Assembly (NCBI RefSeq): GCF_032116555.1
Contig: NZ_CP134949.1
Location: 868,001 to 932,000 of the forward strand
Reading direction: 5' to 3'
Length of the DNA: 64,000 bases
Source: Halorarum halobium
GTDB taxonomy: Archaea > Halobacteriota > Halobacteria > Halobacteriales > Haloferacaceae
The notes beneath the pieces were generated by a model, which had not been told where the DNA came from, searched no databases, and worked only from the letters and a program-made list of their open reading frames with translations. The translations under genes were made by a program, and so were the position numbers. Below are positions 39,625-48,841 of this stretch, one piece after another. How positions within the stretch are numbered: position 1 is the first letter of the stretch; every line of letters begins with the position of its first letter.

Positions 39625-40020
39625 ATGACCGCGGAACTCGACACGCTGGTGGGCTACTGCCGGCAACGGGCGGAGGGGAACCTGCGGACCGTCGCGGCCT
39701 ACGACCCACGAGCGTCGGAGTTCGACGTCGCCTACCTCCGGGACGATCTCAGGGCGGCGTACACCCAGTCCCAGTACGAGCGCCTCATCGAACGGGTGTA
39801 CAGCACGCACGAGGACGTCGCCGCCGTCGGCGAGACCGGCGCCATCGGGAACGGCCACGCGAGCGTCCACTACTTCGAGGAGGCGTTCGTCCTCCAGCTC
39901 ATCGTCGAGGCCGAGTACGGCGTCCTCGTCACGTTCGACAGCGTCGTCGGCGCCGGACTCGCTTCGTTCGTCGACGAGTGTCTGCGAGCGCTCGGCGAGG
40001 AAGCAGAGTTCGTGGACTGA
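39625..40020 (+). CDS. Haloarchaeal hypothetical protein (DUF7522-like)
   Basis: NLRTVAAY...YLRDDL..Y; FEEAFVLQ; GVLVTFD. Confidence 0.75.
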   Translation: MTAELDTLVGYCRQRAEGNLRTVAAYDPRASEFDVAYLRDDLRAAYTQSQYERLIERVYSTHEDVAAVGETGAIGNGHASVHYFEEAFVLQLIVEAEYGVLVTFDSVVGAGLASFVDECLRALGEEAEFVD

Positions 40021-40065
40021 CGTCGCCGTGCCGTCCTGCCGCGCTCGGCCGCCCCATCTCCTGTC

Positions 40066-40245
40066 CTACCGGTCCTCGTCGGCGTCGATCCGCTCCCCGT
40101 CGTCGGTCCGCCCGTCGGCCGCGTTCTCCTCGCGTTGCTCGCTGAGCTCCTCCCAGATCTCCGTACAGCCGGCACCGGCGGGCACCGATCCGAGGTGTGC
40201 GCCCGCCTCCTCGTCGTCCACGTCCTCCTCAGTCTCGCCGCTCAT
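40066..40245 (-). CDS. Small acidic protein (59 aa), absent from the ORF track
   Basis: MSGETEEDVDDEEAGAHLGSVPAGAGCTEIWEELSEQREENAADGRTDDGERIDADEDR; G-rich RBS-like run upstream. Confidence 0.7.
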   Translation of the reverse strand: MSGETEEDVDDEEAGAHLGSVPAGAGCTEIWEELSEQREENAADGRTDDGERIDADEDR

Positions 40246-40543
40246 TCGTCCCCCCCTTCGGCCCCCGCCCGAACAGTTCGGGCGCGGCGTCGGCCGACGC
40301 GTGTTCCCGCGGTTCCTCTTCGATCATCGATGCCCCCTACTCGCCAGGGGGCCATAAGCGGGCCTCCACGGTCAATCGCTTCCGACGCTCCCCGGTACCG
40401 GAACGGGTTGCCACTATCGCGGTCGCGTGGATTCGCCGAATCGCCGCCCTGTACTGTGGTTCGCCCTGATCTACGCGTCACCGGCGGCGACGAGGGTTGC
40501 GTCCGCCGACGGGGCTTCACGCTCGCGCCGCGTTCGTCCCGAC

Positions 40544-40894
40544 GTGACCGTCTCGTTGCGGACGCTGGACGACGGCGCGTGGGTCTCGGTGGCCGACGAG
40601 CGCCGCGTCGGCGCGAGCGAACTGTGGTACGTGGCCGGGATCTGTGCGTGTCCGGTCGCCGACTTCGTCGTCGAGGGCATCACCGACGTGGCCGTCGACG
40701 GCCGGACCGTCGCCGCCGAGACGTACGGCACCTGCATCCGGTGTGGCGAGGGCGTCTCGACCGACCCGGTTCCGGTCGGCCGCCTCGTGGCGGGGGCGTT
40801 CGAACCGCTGGCGGCCGGCGCGGTGCGGGTGCCGGGTGGCGCGGACGGGGGGCGGCAAGTATCTCCGGCTTCCGGAACCAGCGGGGAGGATTGA
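40544..40894 (+). CDS. Small CxC/CxxC hypothetical protein upstream of nitrite/sulfite reductase (start uncertain)
   Basis: VTVSLRTLDDGAWVS...ICACPVADFVVEG...GTCIRCG. Confidence 0.65.
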   Translation: MTVSLRTLDDGAWVSVADERRVGASELWYVAGICACPVADFVVEGITDVAVDGRTVAAETYGTCIRCGEGVSTDPVPVGRLVAGAFEPLAAGAVRVPGGADGGRQVSPASGTSGED

Positions 40895-40941
40895 CGGCGA
40901 GGCTCGCTTTAGGGAGGTGGCGAGCGGAGCGGGGAACAAGA

Positions 40942-42708
40942 ATGCCCACGGACGTCGAACGCTGGAAGTCGGAGACGTACGGCAACGAGATCAGGGAGCA
41001 CCTGTTCGAGTTCGCACGGGAGGGGTGGGAGTCGATCCCCGAGGACGAACACGACGCCTGGTTCGAGCGCTTCAAGTGGTGGGGACTGTACCACCAGCGG
41101 AACGGCCAGGAGAGCTACTTCATGATGCGGATCGGCACGCCCAACGGCGTGCTGGAGCCGGGACAACTGCGCGTGGTCGGCGAGATCGCGGACGAGTACG
41201 CCCGCGGCCCCGGCGAGAACCCCGAGTTCGGCGCGGCCTACTGCGACTGGACGACCCGCCAGTCGATCCAGCTCCACTGGATCCGGCTCGAGGACGTTCC
41301 CGCCATCTTCGAGAAACTGGAGGCGAACGGCCTGTCGACCCAGCAGGCGTGTGGCGACTCCTGGCGGAACATCGTGGGCTGTCCGGTCGCCGGCAAGGAC
41401 CGCCACGAGTTCGTCGACGCGCTGCCGGTCGCGCTGAACCTCCACGACACGTTCAAGGGTGACGACGAGCACTCGAACCTCCCGCGCAAGTGGAAGGTGT
41501 CGGTGACCGGCTGCCGCGAGGGCTGCGGCCAGGGCGACATCAACGACCTCGCGCTGGAGCCGGCCGAGAAGGACGGCCGGAAGGGGTTCAACGTCCGCGT
41601 CGGCGGCGGCCTCGCGCGGAACGAGCCGCGGCTCGCCCGCGACATCGACGTGTTCGTCGAGCCCGACGACGCCAACGAGGTGGCGGGCGCAATCTCCGCG
41701 CTGTTCCGCGAGCACGGCAACCGCGAGGACCGCTACTCCGCGCGCATCAAGTTCCTCGTCGACGAGTGGGGCACCGAGAAGCTCCGTGAGGTCCTCCAGG
41801 AGGAGTTCGTCGACTTCGAACTCGAATCGGCCGGCGAGGACCTCCGCGAGGAGTACACGTACAACTCGGGACGCGCGACCGGCGGTCACCACGACCACGT
41901 CGGCGTCCACGAGCAGAACGACGGCAACTACTACGTCGGCCTGAACGTGCTCGTCGGCCGGATGGGCGTCGCGGACACGCTCGAACTCGCGGACCTGGCC
42001 GACGAGTACGGCTCCGGCGAGGTTCGGCTCACCCAGCGACAGAACGTCCTCCTCACCGACGTGCCCGAGGGGAGCCTCGACGACCTCCTCGCCGAGCCGC
42101 TGCTGGAGGACTACTCGCCGGACCCGCACCCGTTCATGCGCGGCTCCATCGCCTGCACCGGCACCGAGTTCTGCTCGCTTTCAATCGTGGAGACGAAGAA
42201 CCGCCAGGTGCGCTACGCCCGCTGGCTGAAGGAGAACGTCGACCTCCCCGACGGCGTCGAGGACTTCCACATCCATCTCTCGGGCTGTACGGCCTCGTGC
42301 GCCCAGCCCCAGATCGCGGACGTCAGCCTCCGGGGGATGAAGACCCGCAAGGACGGCGAGCCGGTCGAGGCGCTCGACATCGGCCTCGGCGGCGGCCTCG
42401 GCGAGGACCCGCGCTTTGCCGACTGGGTCGGCCAGCGCGTCCCCGCCGACGAGGTGCCGGGCGCCATCGGGAACCTGCTCGGGAGCTTCGAGGAGCGCCG
42501 CGAGGGCGCGGAGTCGTTCCGCGACTTCGTCGAGCGCAGCGACGAGGAGACGCTGGAGGAGCTGATCGACCCCGAGGAGACCTCCTACGAGGATCCGTAC
42601 ATGCACAACACGAAGCTGACGTGGTACCCGTACGCCGACGCGGACGACATGGACGACAGTCCGGCACCGGCCCGCGCGGACGGAACGCCCATCACCGCGG
42701 ACGACTAG
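40942..42708 (+). CDS. Ferredoxin-dependent nitrite/sulfite reductase (siroheme, 4Fe-4S)
   Basis: GLYHQR, TTRQSIQLH, NLPRKWK, CTGTEFC...SGCTASC siroheme/FeS ligands. Confidence 0.93.
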   Translation: MPTDVERWKSETYGNEIREHLFEFAREGWESIPEDEHDAWFERFKWWGLYHQRNGQESYFMMRIGTPNGVLEPGQLRVVGEIADEYARGPGENPEFGAAYCDWTTRQSIQLHWIRLEDVPAIFEKLEANGLSTQQACGDSWRNIVGCPVAGKDRHEFVDALPVALNLHDTFKGDDEHSNLPRKWKVSVTGCREGCGQGDINDLALEPAEKDGRKGFNVRVGGGLARNEPRLARDIDVFVEPDDANEVAGAISALFREHGNREDRYSARIKFLVDEWGTEKLREVLQEEFVDFELESAGEDLREEYTYNSGRATGGHHDHVGVHEQNDGNYYVGLNVLVGRMGVADTLELADLADEYGSGEVRLTQRQNVLLTDVPEGSLDDLLAEPLLEDYSPDPHPFMRGSIACTGTEFCSLSIVETKNRQVRYARWLKENVDLPDGVEDFHIHLSGCTASCAQPQIADVSLRGMKTRKDGEPVEALDIGLGGGLGEDPRFADWVGQRVPADEVPGAIGNLLGSFEERREGAESFRDFVERSDEETLEELIDPEETSYEDPYMHNTKLTWYPYADADDMDDSPAPARADGTPITADD

Positions 42709-42717
42709 GCTCCGTCC

Positions 42718-42999
42718 ATGCCCGACCGACTCATCCGGGTGAACGCCTACACCACGTTCGACATGCTCGACGGGGCGGCGCGGGGACACGGGTTCGACGA
42801 GTCCGCTCTCGCGGTGCTCAACGTCACGGCCCCCCGCGAGGACCCCGACCACGTCACGCTCGAACTCGAACTCGACAACGGCGACCTGGAGGAGCTTCCG
42901 GCCCACGCGGACAGCGTGACGCTCTCTGCCACCCAGGCCCGCGAACTCGCGGCCGAACTCGAATCGTACGCCGACCGCGTCGACGAGTCAGCCGACTGA
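42718..42999 (+). CDS. Conserved haloarchaeal protein (DUF6360-like)
   Basis: RVNAYTTFD...AVLNV...LELELDN...HAD; starts 9 nt after the reductase stop. Confidence 0.78.
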   Translation: MPDRLIRVNAYTTFDMLDGAARGHGFDESALAVLNVTAPREDPDHVTLELELDNGDLEELPAHADSVTLSATQARELAAELESYADRVDESAD

Positions 43000-43065
43000 C
43001 TTGCGGGTTCTCGGGGCTGAGAACCCGGGGCGAACCCTTTTGTTCACGTCCGAAAAGTTCGGGAC

Positions 43066-43311
43066 ATGTGGGTCAGGGAGCGGGACGTCGTGGACTACGG
43101 GCTCATCAGCGCCGTCACGCTGCTCGTCTACCTCCGGGTGCCGTTCCGTCCGGCGATCCGCGAGACGCTGCGGTGGTGGGTCGACTGGACCGCGGCGTTC
43201 CTCGCGGAGTCGCCCGAGGCCGCCGTCGCCGGGTTCATCGTGTTCGTCGCGCTGTTCGGCGGCGCGTTCGCGATGGGGGTCGTGCGGCACGCGTCCCGCG
43301 ACGGAGCCTGA
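43066..43311 (+). CDS. Small two-TM membrane protein
   Basis: Hydrophobic YGLISAVTLLVYL and AAVAGFIVFVALFGGAFAMGVV. Confidence 0.55.
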   Translation: MWVRERDVVDYGLISAVTLLVYLRVPFRPAIRETLRWWVDWTAAFLAESPEAAVAGFIVFVALFGGAFAMGVVRHASRDGA

Positions 43312-43350
43312 GCCGTTCGGCACGAGCCTCTTTTGACGGGGTCCTGACCT

Positions 43351-43549
43351 GAACCTCTTTTGTGGGGCATGTCCTCGCGCGTCGGCTTCGCCGACGCGCC
43401 GCGGCCAGACCCCCCGCAAAACCCGTTCGTGCTGTGAAATTCCTTTGGAACCCCACTGCTGACGGGAGATCCTCGATTTCCCGTACTGCCAAAACGCCGC
43501 GGGCAGTAGTCGACGCGGCTTCGCCGCGCCTCCCTCGCTCGCGGTACTG
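43351..43549. repeat. Family B multi-hairpin element, copy 2 (5' end duplicated at about 43320-43345)
   Basis: Colinear with 16205-16404 from GAACCTCTTTTG to CCTCCCTCGCTCGCGGTACTG. Confidence 0.88.
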
Positions 43550-43685
43550 CTGGTGGTTCCGACTGCAGTTCGAACCGGTATCGGCCGGCGGAAAGCCGGT
43601 TCCGACCGGAGAGGGTGGCCGACCGAACCGGACCGTGAGGCCGGAACCGTCCCCAGTTTTACGCGCTCGCCGCCACGGACGGAGT

Positions 43686-44432
43686 ATGACCGAGTCCATC
43701 AGGGCCGCGCTCCGCGAGGGTCGCCCGGCGGGAAGCTGGCTTTCCATCCCCTCGCCACAGGTCGCAGAGCAGGTGGCCGAGTCGGGCGTCGACTTCGTCG
43801 TCATCGACACCGAGCACGCGCCCGCCTCGCTGGAGACCGTCGAGGCGATGGTCCGCGCGGTCGACGCCGCCGACGCGGAGGCGGCGGCGCTGGTCCGCGT
43901 CGCCTGGAACGATCACGTCCGCGTGAAGCGCGTGCTCGACACCGGCGCGGCGGGCGTGCTCGCCCCGCAAATCTCGACTCCCGGGGAGGCCGAGGCGCTC
44001 GTCGAGGCGACGCGCTACCCGCCGGAGGGTCGCCGCGGCGTGGCCGGGGCGCGCGCGTCCAACTACGGGCGCTCGCTGTCGGCGTACGTCGACTCGGCGA
44101 ACGACGAGGTGGCGACGGTCGGACAGGTCGAGTCGGCTGCGGCGGTCGAGAACGCGGCGGCCATCGCGTCCGTCGACGGAATCGACTCGCTGCTCGTGGG
44201 CCCCGCGGACCTCTCGGCGTCGCTGGGCGTCTTCGGCGAGTACGAGTCCGAGGCGTTCCTCGACGCCGTCGACACGGTGCTCGCCGGGAGTTCGGTGTCG
44301 GTCGGGACCCTCGCGACCGCGCCCGACCAGGTCGACTACTGGGCGGAGTTGGGGTTCGACTACCAGATCGTCGGCACCGACGCCGGCTATCTCGCCCGCG
44401 GCGCGGCGGCGTCGCTGGAGCGCTACCGCTAG
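43686..44432 (+). CDS. HpcH/HpaI class II aldolase
   Basis: DFVVIDTEH, RVLDTGA, RYPPEGRRG, QVES, VGPADLS. Confidence 0.92.
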   Translation: MTESIRAALREGRPAGSWLSIPSPQVAEQVAESGVDFVVIDTEHAPASLETVEAMVRAVDAADAEAAALVRVAWNDHVRVKRVLDTGAAGVLAPQISTPGEAEALVEATRYPPEGRRGVAGARASNYGRSLSAYVDSANDEVATVGQVESAAAVENAAAIASVDGIDSLLVGPADLSASLGVFGEYESEAFLDAVDTVLAGSSVSVGTLATAPDQVDYWAELGFDYQIVGTDAGYLARGAAASLERYR

Positions 44433-44517
44433 CGGGCGTCGGGGTTCCGAGAGACGGGTAGAGTATGGACCGTGGGTCGGCCCGGTTCGACGGGGTGGCT
44501 GCCGGCTGCGGCCGGGG

Positions 44518-44694
44518 TCAGACCGGGCGGCCGCCTTCGCTGGTGCCGACGAGGTACGTGCCGTAGGTGAGGAGCGCGGCGGCGGGAACGAGCGCGACGT
44601 TCGGGACGGGAGCCGTGCCCGGCGTCGCGGCCGGAAGCAACAGGAGCGTGCCGACGACCATCAGGGCAGTGCCGATCGGGATCCGCTGGTTCAT
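44518..44694 (-). CDS. Small two-TM membrane protein (58 aa), absent from the ORF track
   Basis: MNQRIPIGTALMVVGTLLLLPAATPGTAPVPNVALVPAAALLTYGTYLVGTSEGGRPV. Confidence 0.68.
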   Translation of the reverse strand: MNQRIPIGTALMVVGTLLLLPAATPGTAPVPNVALVPAAALLTYGTYLVGTSEGGRPV

Positions 44695-44853
44695 ACCCCC
44701 AATCGGAGGTCCTGGCTAATGAGGATTTCCTTCCACCCCAATGCTGTCGTGCGATTTTGTACCATGGTATCACCCAGCACGCACGCAACCGTCCCTGTGC
44801 GGACCCGCCCCTCAGGGGCGACGGATTCGCCCCTCACCGGCGACGAGTTCGCC

Positions 44854-45405
44854 TCAGCGACTCCGTTCGCCGGCGCGGACCGCGCCCTCCAGCCAGTTCT
44901 CGGTCGGCGGGAGGGGGCAGGCGAAGGCGTCCGAGAACGCACAGAAGGGCGTGTACGCCAGGTTGAAATCCAGCACGACGTCGTCGGCGTCCGAGAGCGT
45001 TCCCTCCGGATGGAGGTCCATGTATCGCCCGCCGTCGTACGTCTCCTGGCCGGTCGTCTTGTCGCGGAACGGCACGAAGAGCGTCTCCTCGCCGTCCCGT
45101 CCGTAGCCGACCAGGGTCGCCTCGGCGGTCCCGCCGTCGTCGCGCGGGAGCGCGAACGAGAACGTCACCGCCCGCTCGAACCGTGCCGCCTCGCCGTTCC
45201 GCACCGTCAGTTCGACGGGGTCCGGGTCGTCGTGAACGGTGACGGTCGCCGACAGGCGGTAGGCCGGGTCCGGGTCGAAGTAGTCCAGGCCGTCGAACGA
45301 CTCGCGCTCCTCGGCCGGGAGCGGCGACTGCCGGTGCTCGGCGAAGAACTCGTCCTTCTCGGCGCGGTTGGCACGCACCTGCGCGGCCCAGTCGTCGTCG
45401 GTCAC
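44854..45405 (-). CDS. DUF1684 family protein
   Basis: SPL, GLDYF, FVPFRDKTTGQETYDGGRY, LDFNLAYTPFCA...CPLPP..N. Confidence 0.88.
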   Translation of the reverse strand: MTDDDWAAQVRANRAEKDEFFAEHRQSPLPAEERESFDGLDYFDPDPAYRLSATVTVHDDPDPVELTVRNGEAARFERAVTFSFALPRDDGGTAEATLVGYGRDGEETLFVPFRDKTTGQETYDGGRYMDLHPEGTLSDADDVVLDFNLAYTPFCAFSDAFACPLPPTENWLEGAVRAGERSR

Positions 45406-45493
45406 GCTTCGCGTTTGGCGGTGCCGGGGTTTCAGTGCCGCGACTCGCCCCGACCACCGGATGGAAAAGGATCGGAGAACTGTGCGGGGTCGG

Positions 45494-46132
45494 TTACCGG
45501 CGGGCCAGGAGCCCGGCACCGACGACGGCGACGAGCGCCAGGACGGCCGTGAAGCCGGGCGTCGTCGTCTCGGTTCCGTCATCGCCGGCGCTTCCGTTGC
45601 CGTTCGCCTCGTCCGCGGTGGCCGCGGACCCGGTCGACGTGTTCGGCGCGCTCGAACCGGTCGACTCGGGCGTGGCGGTCGGCTCCTCGGTCGCGTTGCG
45701 CGAGAAGTCGCCCGACGAGAGGTACGCGCTGTCGCTGACGGTGGCGTTCGTCTCCGTCAGGTAGGCCGTCTCGTTGCCGACGGCGTACGACTCGTCACCG
45801 TCGTCCATGTACGCCTGGGCCACCGAGACCTGTCCGCGGGTGAACTCGGCTTCGAGTTCGACCGTGACGTTCTCATGGGTGCCGGCGCTCAGGTACTCGC
45901 TGCTTCCCACGTAGTTGCCCGACTGGTTGTACACGGCCACGAAGCCGCCGTCGGGGAGGGTCGTCTCGGCGATGGTGACGGTGGCGTCGATCGACTGGTC
46001 GTCGTATTCGACGCTCGCCGTCCGGTTTGCCGTCTCGGTCGTCTCCTGGGCGGCCACGGGGCCCGCCAGGGCGGCGACGCCGACGACGGCGGAGAGCAAT
46101 ACGAGGGCGGAGATGAGGGTTCGTCTCTTCAT
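45494..46132 (-). CDS. PGF-CTERM cell-surface protein (ArtA substrate), DUF7282-like domain
   Basis: Sec signal MKRRTL; LPDGGFV...GSSEYLSAGTH; Thr/Ser linker; TPGF + TM + RR. Confidence 0.88.
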   Translation of the reverse strand: MKRRTLISALVLLSAVVGVAALAGPVAAQETTETANRTASVEYDDQSIDATVTIAETTLPDGGFVAVYNQSGNYVGSSEYLSAGTHENVTVELEAEFTRGQVSVAQAYMDDGDESYAVGNETAYLTETNATVSDSAYLSSGDFSRNATEEPTATPESTGSSAPNTSTGSAATADEANGNGSAGDDGTETTTPGFTAVLALVAVVGAGLLARR

Positions 46133-46794
46133 GATAGGTATTTCACGACGCCGACAGGCGCCGTGATGCATCGGGCATTCAAGATTGATGCAAAAGAGTC
46201 CATCGACCCCGAATGTGGGAAGTCCGCATACAACGTGGGGATGGTTGGTGTGGGACCTGAAGCCAACCGACACCCATTCGGTTTCAACGACTGTCGTTCA
46301 TCGGGACGGACCGAAGAAGTATTCGTTCGTTGAACTTTCCGTGAGTCGGTCGGGCGAGCGGTGAACGGACGTCCGGTGCCGGGAGCGTGAGGGCGGTAGT
46401 GTCGGACCGGCGCGCCGGAACTGCTGGTCGGTCAGTGGTCAGTCAGGGCCGCCAGAAGCGGTCGCCGGGCGGTGGGCGAGGTGAGCTTCGACCGGTCACT
46501 CAGCCCGGCGGACGGTGAGGCAGGTCACCGGACTCGAACGGCCCGCTTGCACGACGAGGGGGGCTCTTCCCGTTGATTTCGGCGGTGGCGACCGTCGGGT
46601 TTGCCGCGTCCCCCTGACGGACGAAAGGCGGCAGATTTACGGCACTTGTCGAGAAAAGGGGAACCGTTCACGAGTGGGTGCCCCACGCGTGAACTACCTC
46701 TGACAGCCCTCCCCCAACGCGGACACTCCCCCCCTCGTCCGCTTTCGTGTCACCGCACCGAACCTGTTTTACCGACGAGCCGCGAGGCTCCACT

Positions 46795-47445
46795 GTGAGC
46801 CTCGTCGCGGAGTTCCGCCTCACGCATCCGGACTTCCCGCTCTCGCGAACGCTCGAGGACGTTCCGGGCTTCGCCCTGCGCGCCGAGCAGCTGCTGGCGG
46901 ACGACCCCACCGCCCCGACGGTGTTCTTCTGGGCCGAGGGCGAGGCGTTCGACAGCTTCGAAGCGGCGATGGACGGCGACCCGACGGTCGCCCGCTGGGA
47001 GCGCGTCGAGACGCTGTGTGACCGGCGGTTCTATCGGCTCGACGTCGACCCGGACGCCTCGGTGGTGCTGTACCCGACCGACATCGAGTACGGCGTCTCG
47101 CGGATCGACTTCTCGGCGTCGACGGACGGGCTGGACGTCCGGACGCGTTTCCCGGACCGGGAGACGATGCGGTGTTACTTCGACTCGTGTCGCGGGAAGG
47201 GGATGGACGTCTCGCTACACAAACTGTACGAGGGAATCGACGTCGGCGAGGGGCCGAACGACGTCTCTGACAAGCAGTGTGAAGCGCTCCAGCGCGCGGC
47301 GGAACTGGGCTTTTTCACCGTGCCCCGAGAGACGGACCTGGGCGACGTGGCGGACTCGCTCGGCGTCTCCAGGCAGGCGGCTTCCGAGCGGATCCGACGC
47401 GGGACGCAGGCGCTGGTGACGGAGTCGTTCGATATGGAGGGGTGA
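46795..47445 (+). CDS. Bat-like regulator with C-terminal HTH_10
   Basis: VSDKQCEAL..A..GFFTVPRET.LGDVA..LGVSRQAASERIRRG. Confidence 0.85.
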   Translation: MSLVAEFRLTHPDFPLSRTLEDVPGFALRAEQLLADDPTAPTVFFWAEGEAFDSFEAAMDGDPTVARWERVETLCDRRFYRLDVDPDASVVLYPTDIEYGVSRIDFSASTDGLDVRTRFPDRETMRCYFDSCRGKGMDVSLHKLYEGIDVGEGPNDVSDKQCEALQRAAELGFFTVPRETDLGDVADSLGVSRQAASERIRRGTQALVTESFDMEG

Positions 47446-47752
47446 CGACCCCTCGTGTGGGTGTGTCACCGTCGACGGCACCGCGGTCCCCCTCGTGCAG
47501 GCCGTCTCGGAAGCCGCGGCGACGCTCGAATCGTGAATTTGTCCGGTCGTCGCAGTGCTGCCCTCGAAAGCCGCCGGGGGTCGCCGAGCGCCACGGGGAC
47601 CTTCCAGGCCGTCTCGGTACCATGGATCCGATCCGTTCCAGCGCGCCCCCAGCGCCGGACTCCGTGTGAAGGGACTCCCCGGTGACATCGACGTAACCGG
47701 GTGACCCGGTCGTTCGGGAGGCCTTATGCCGCCGGCTCGCCAATCCTACACC

Positions 47753-48841
47753 ATGACCCGAGCCGACCTCGACCCCATCGCCGGCCTGCACCACGTGACG
47801 GTGATGTCGGGCGACCCGGACGGGAACGTCCGGTTCTTCCGGAACGTCCTCGGCCTGCGACTCCTCAAGCGGACCGTCAACTTCGACGACGTGACCACCT
47901 ACCACCTCTACTACGGCGACGAGACGGGCACGCCCGGCACCGTCTACACGGTGTTCCCGTTCGGCGACGGCCGGCGCGGACGGAACGGGACCGGCGAGGT
48001 GTCGGCCACGGCGTTCGCGGTCCCCGAGGGGAGCCTCGACTACTGGCGCGAGCGCCTGGAGTCCCGCGGCGTCGCGGTCCGGGAGCCCGAGGAGCGCTTC
48101 GGCGCGCGGGTGCTCCCGTTCACCGACCCGGACGGACAGGAACTCGAACTGATCGAGCGCGGGGCGCAAAGCGCCCCGGACGGACGCGGGAGGAGCCCGC
48201 GGGAGCCGTTCGACGACGTCGAGCCGTGGGCCGACTCGCCGGTGCCGGCGGACCACCAGATTCGCGGCTTCCACGGCGTCACCCTCAGGCTCTCGGAGGT
48301 CAATGCGACGGCCGACCTGCTCACGTTCGTGGGATACGAGGAGGGAGCGGCCGCGGGCGACCGAACCAGGTTCCGCGCCGCCGGCGACCGCGGCGCGGTC
48401 GTCGACCTCGTGGAGCGACCGGGGATGGCCCCCGCCGGTGGCGGCATCGGCTCGGTCCACCACGTCGCGTTTCGCGTGCCCGACGACGATGCGCAGGCCG
48501 CCTGGCAGGAGACGCTCCGCGACCGCGGCCAGCAGGTGACGCCGGTGAAGGACCGCCAGTACTTCCGCTCGATCTACTTCCGCGAGCCCGGCGGCGTGCT
48601 GTTCGAGTTCGCCACGGAGGGGCCCGGCTTCGCGGTCGACGAGCCGGTCGGAGCGCTCGGCGAGGAACTGAAACTCCCGGAGTGGCTGGAGACGCACCGC
48701 GAGCGCATCGAGTCGGCGCTGCCGGCGCTTTCGGCCGCCGACGAACCGGCAACCGGGGGCGACGCCGGGCACGACACAGACGGTGGCACCGAGCACGAGG
48801 CCGACGCGGACCCGACGGAGGAGGTGGCGACCCATGAGTGA
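47753..48841 (+). CDS. Ring-cleaving dioxygenase (VOC family, MhqO/PcpA-like)
   Basis: GLHHVT, KRTVNFDD..YHLYYG, VHHVAFR, DRQYFRSIYFREPGGVLFE. Confidence 0.92.
   Translation: MTRADLDPIAGLHHVTVMSGDPDGNVRFFRNVLGLRLLKRTVNFDDVTTYHLYYGDETGTPGTVYTVFPFGDGRRGRNGTGEVSATAFAVPEGSLDYWRERLESRGVAVREPEERFGARVLPFTDPDGQELELIERGAQSAPDGRGRSPREPFDDVEPWADSPVPADHQIRGFHGVTLRLSEVNATADLLTFVGYEEGAAAGDRTRFRAAGDRGAVVDLVERPGMAPAGGGIGSVHHVAFRVPDDDAQAAWQETLRDRGQQVTPVKDRQYFRSIYFREPGGVLFEFATEGPGFAVDEPVGALGEELKLPEWLETHRERIESALPALSAADEPATGGDAGHDTDGGTEHEADADPTEEVATHE

Noticed and set aside
39488..40100. Provirus or island integrated at tRNA-Met
   Set aside because: No integrase, no duplicated tRNA 3' end noticed, and no compositional shift.
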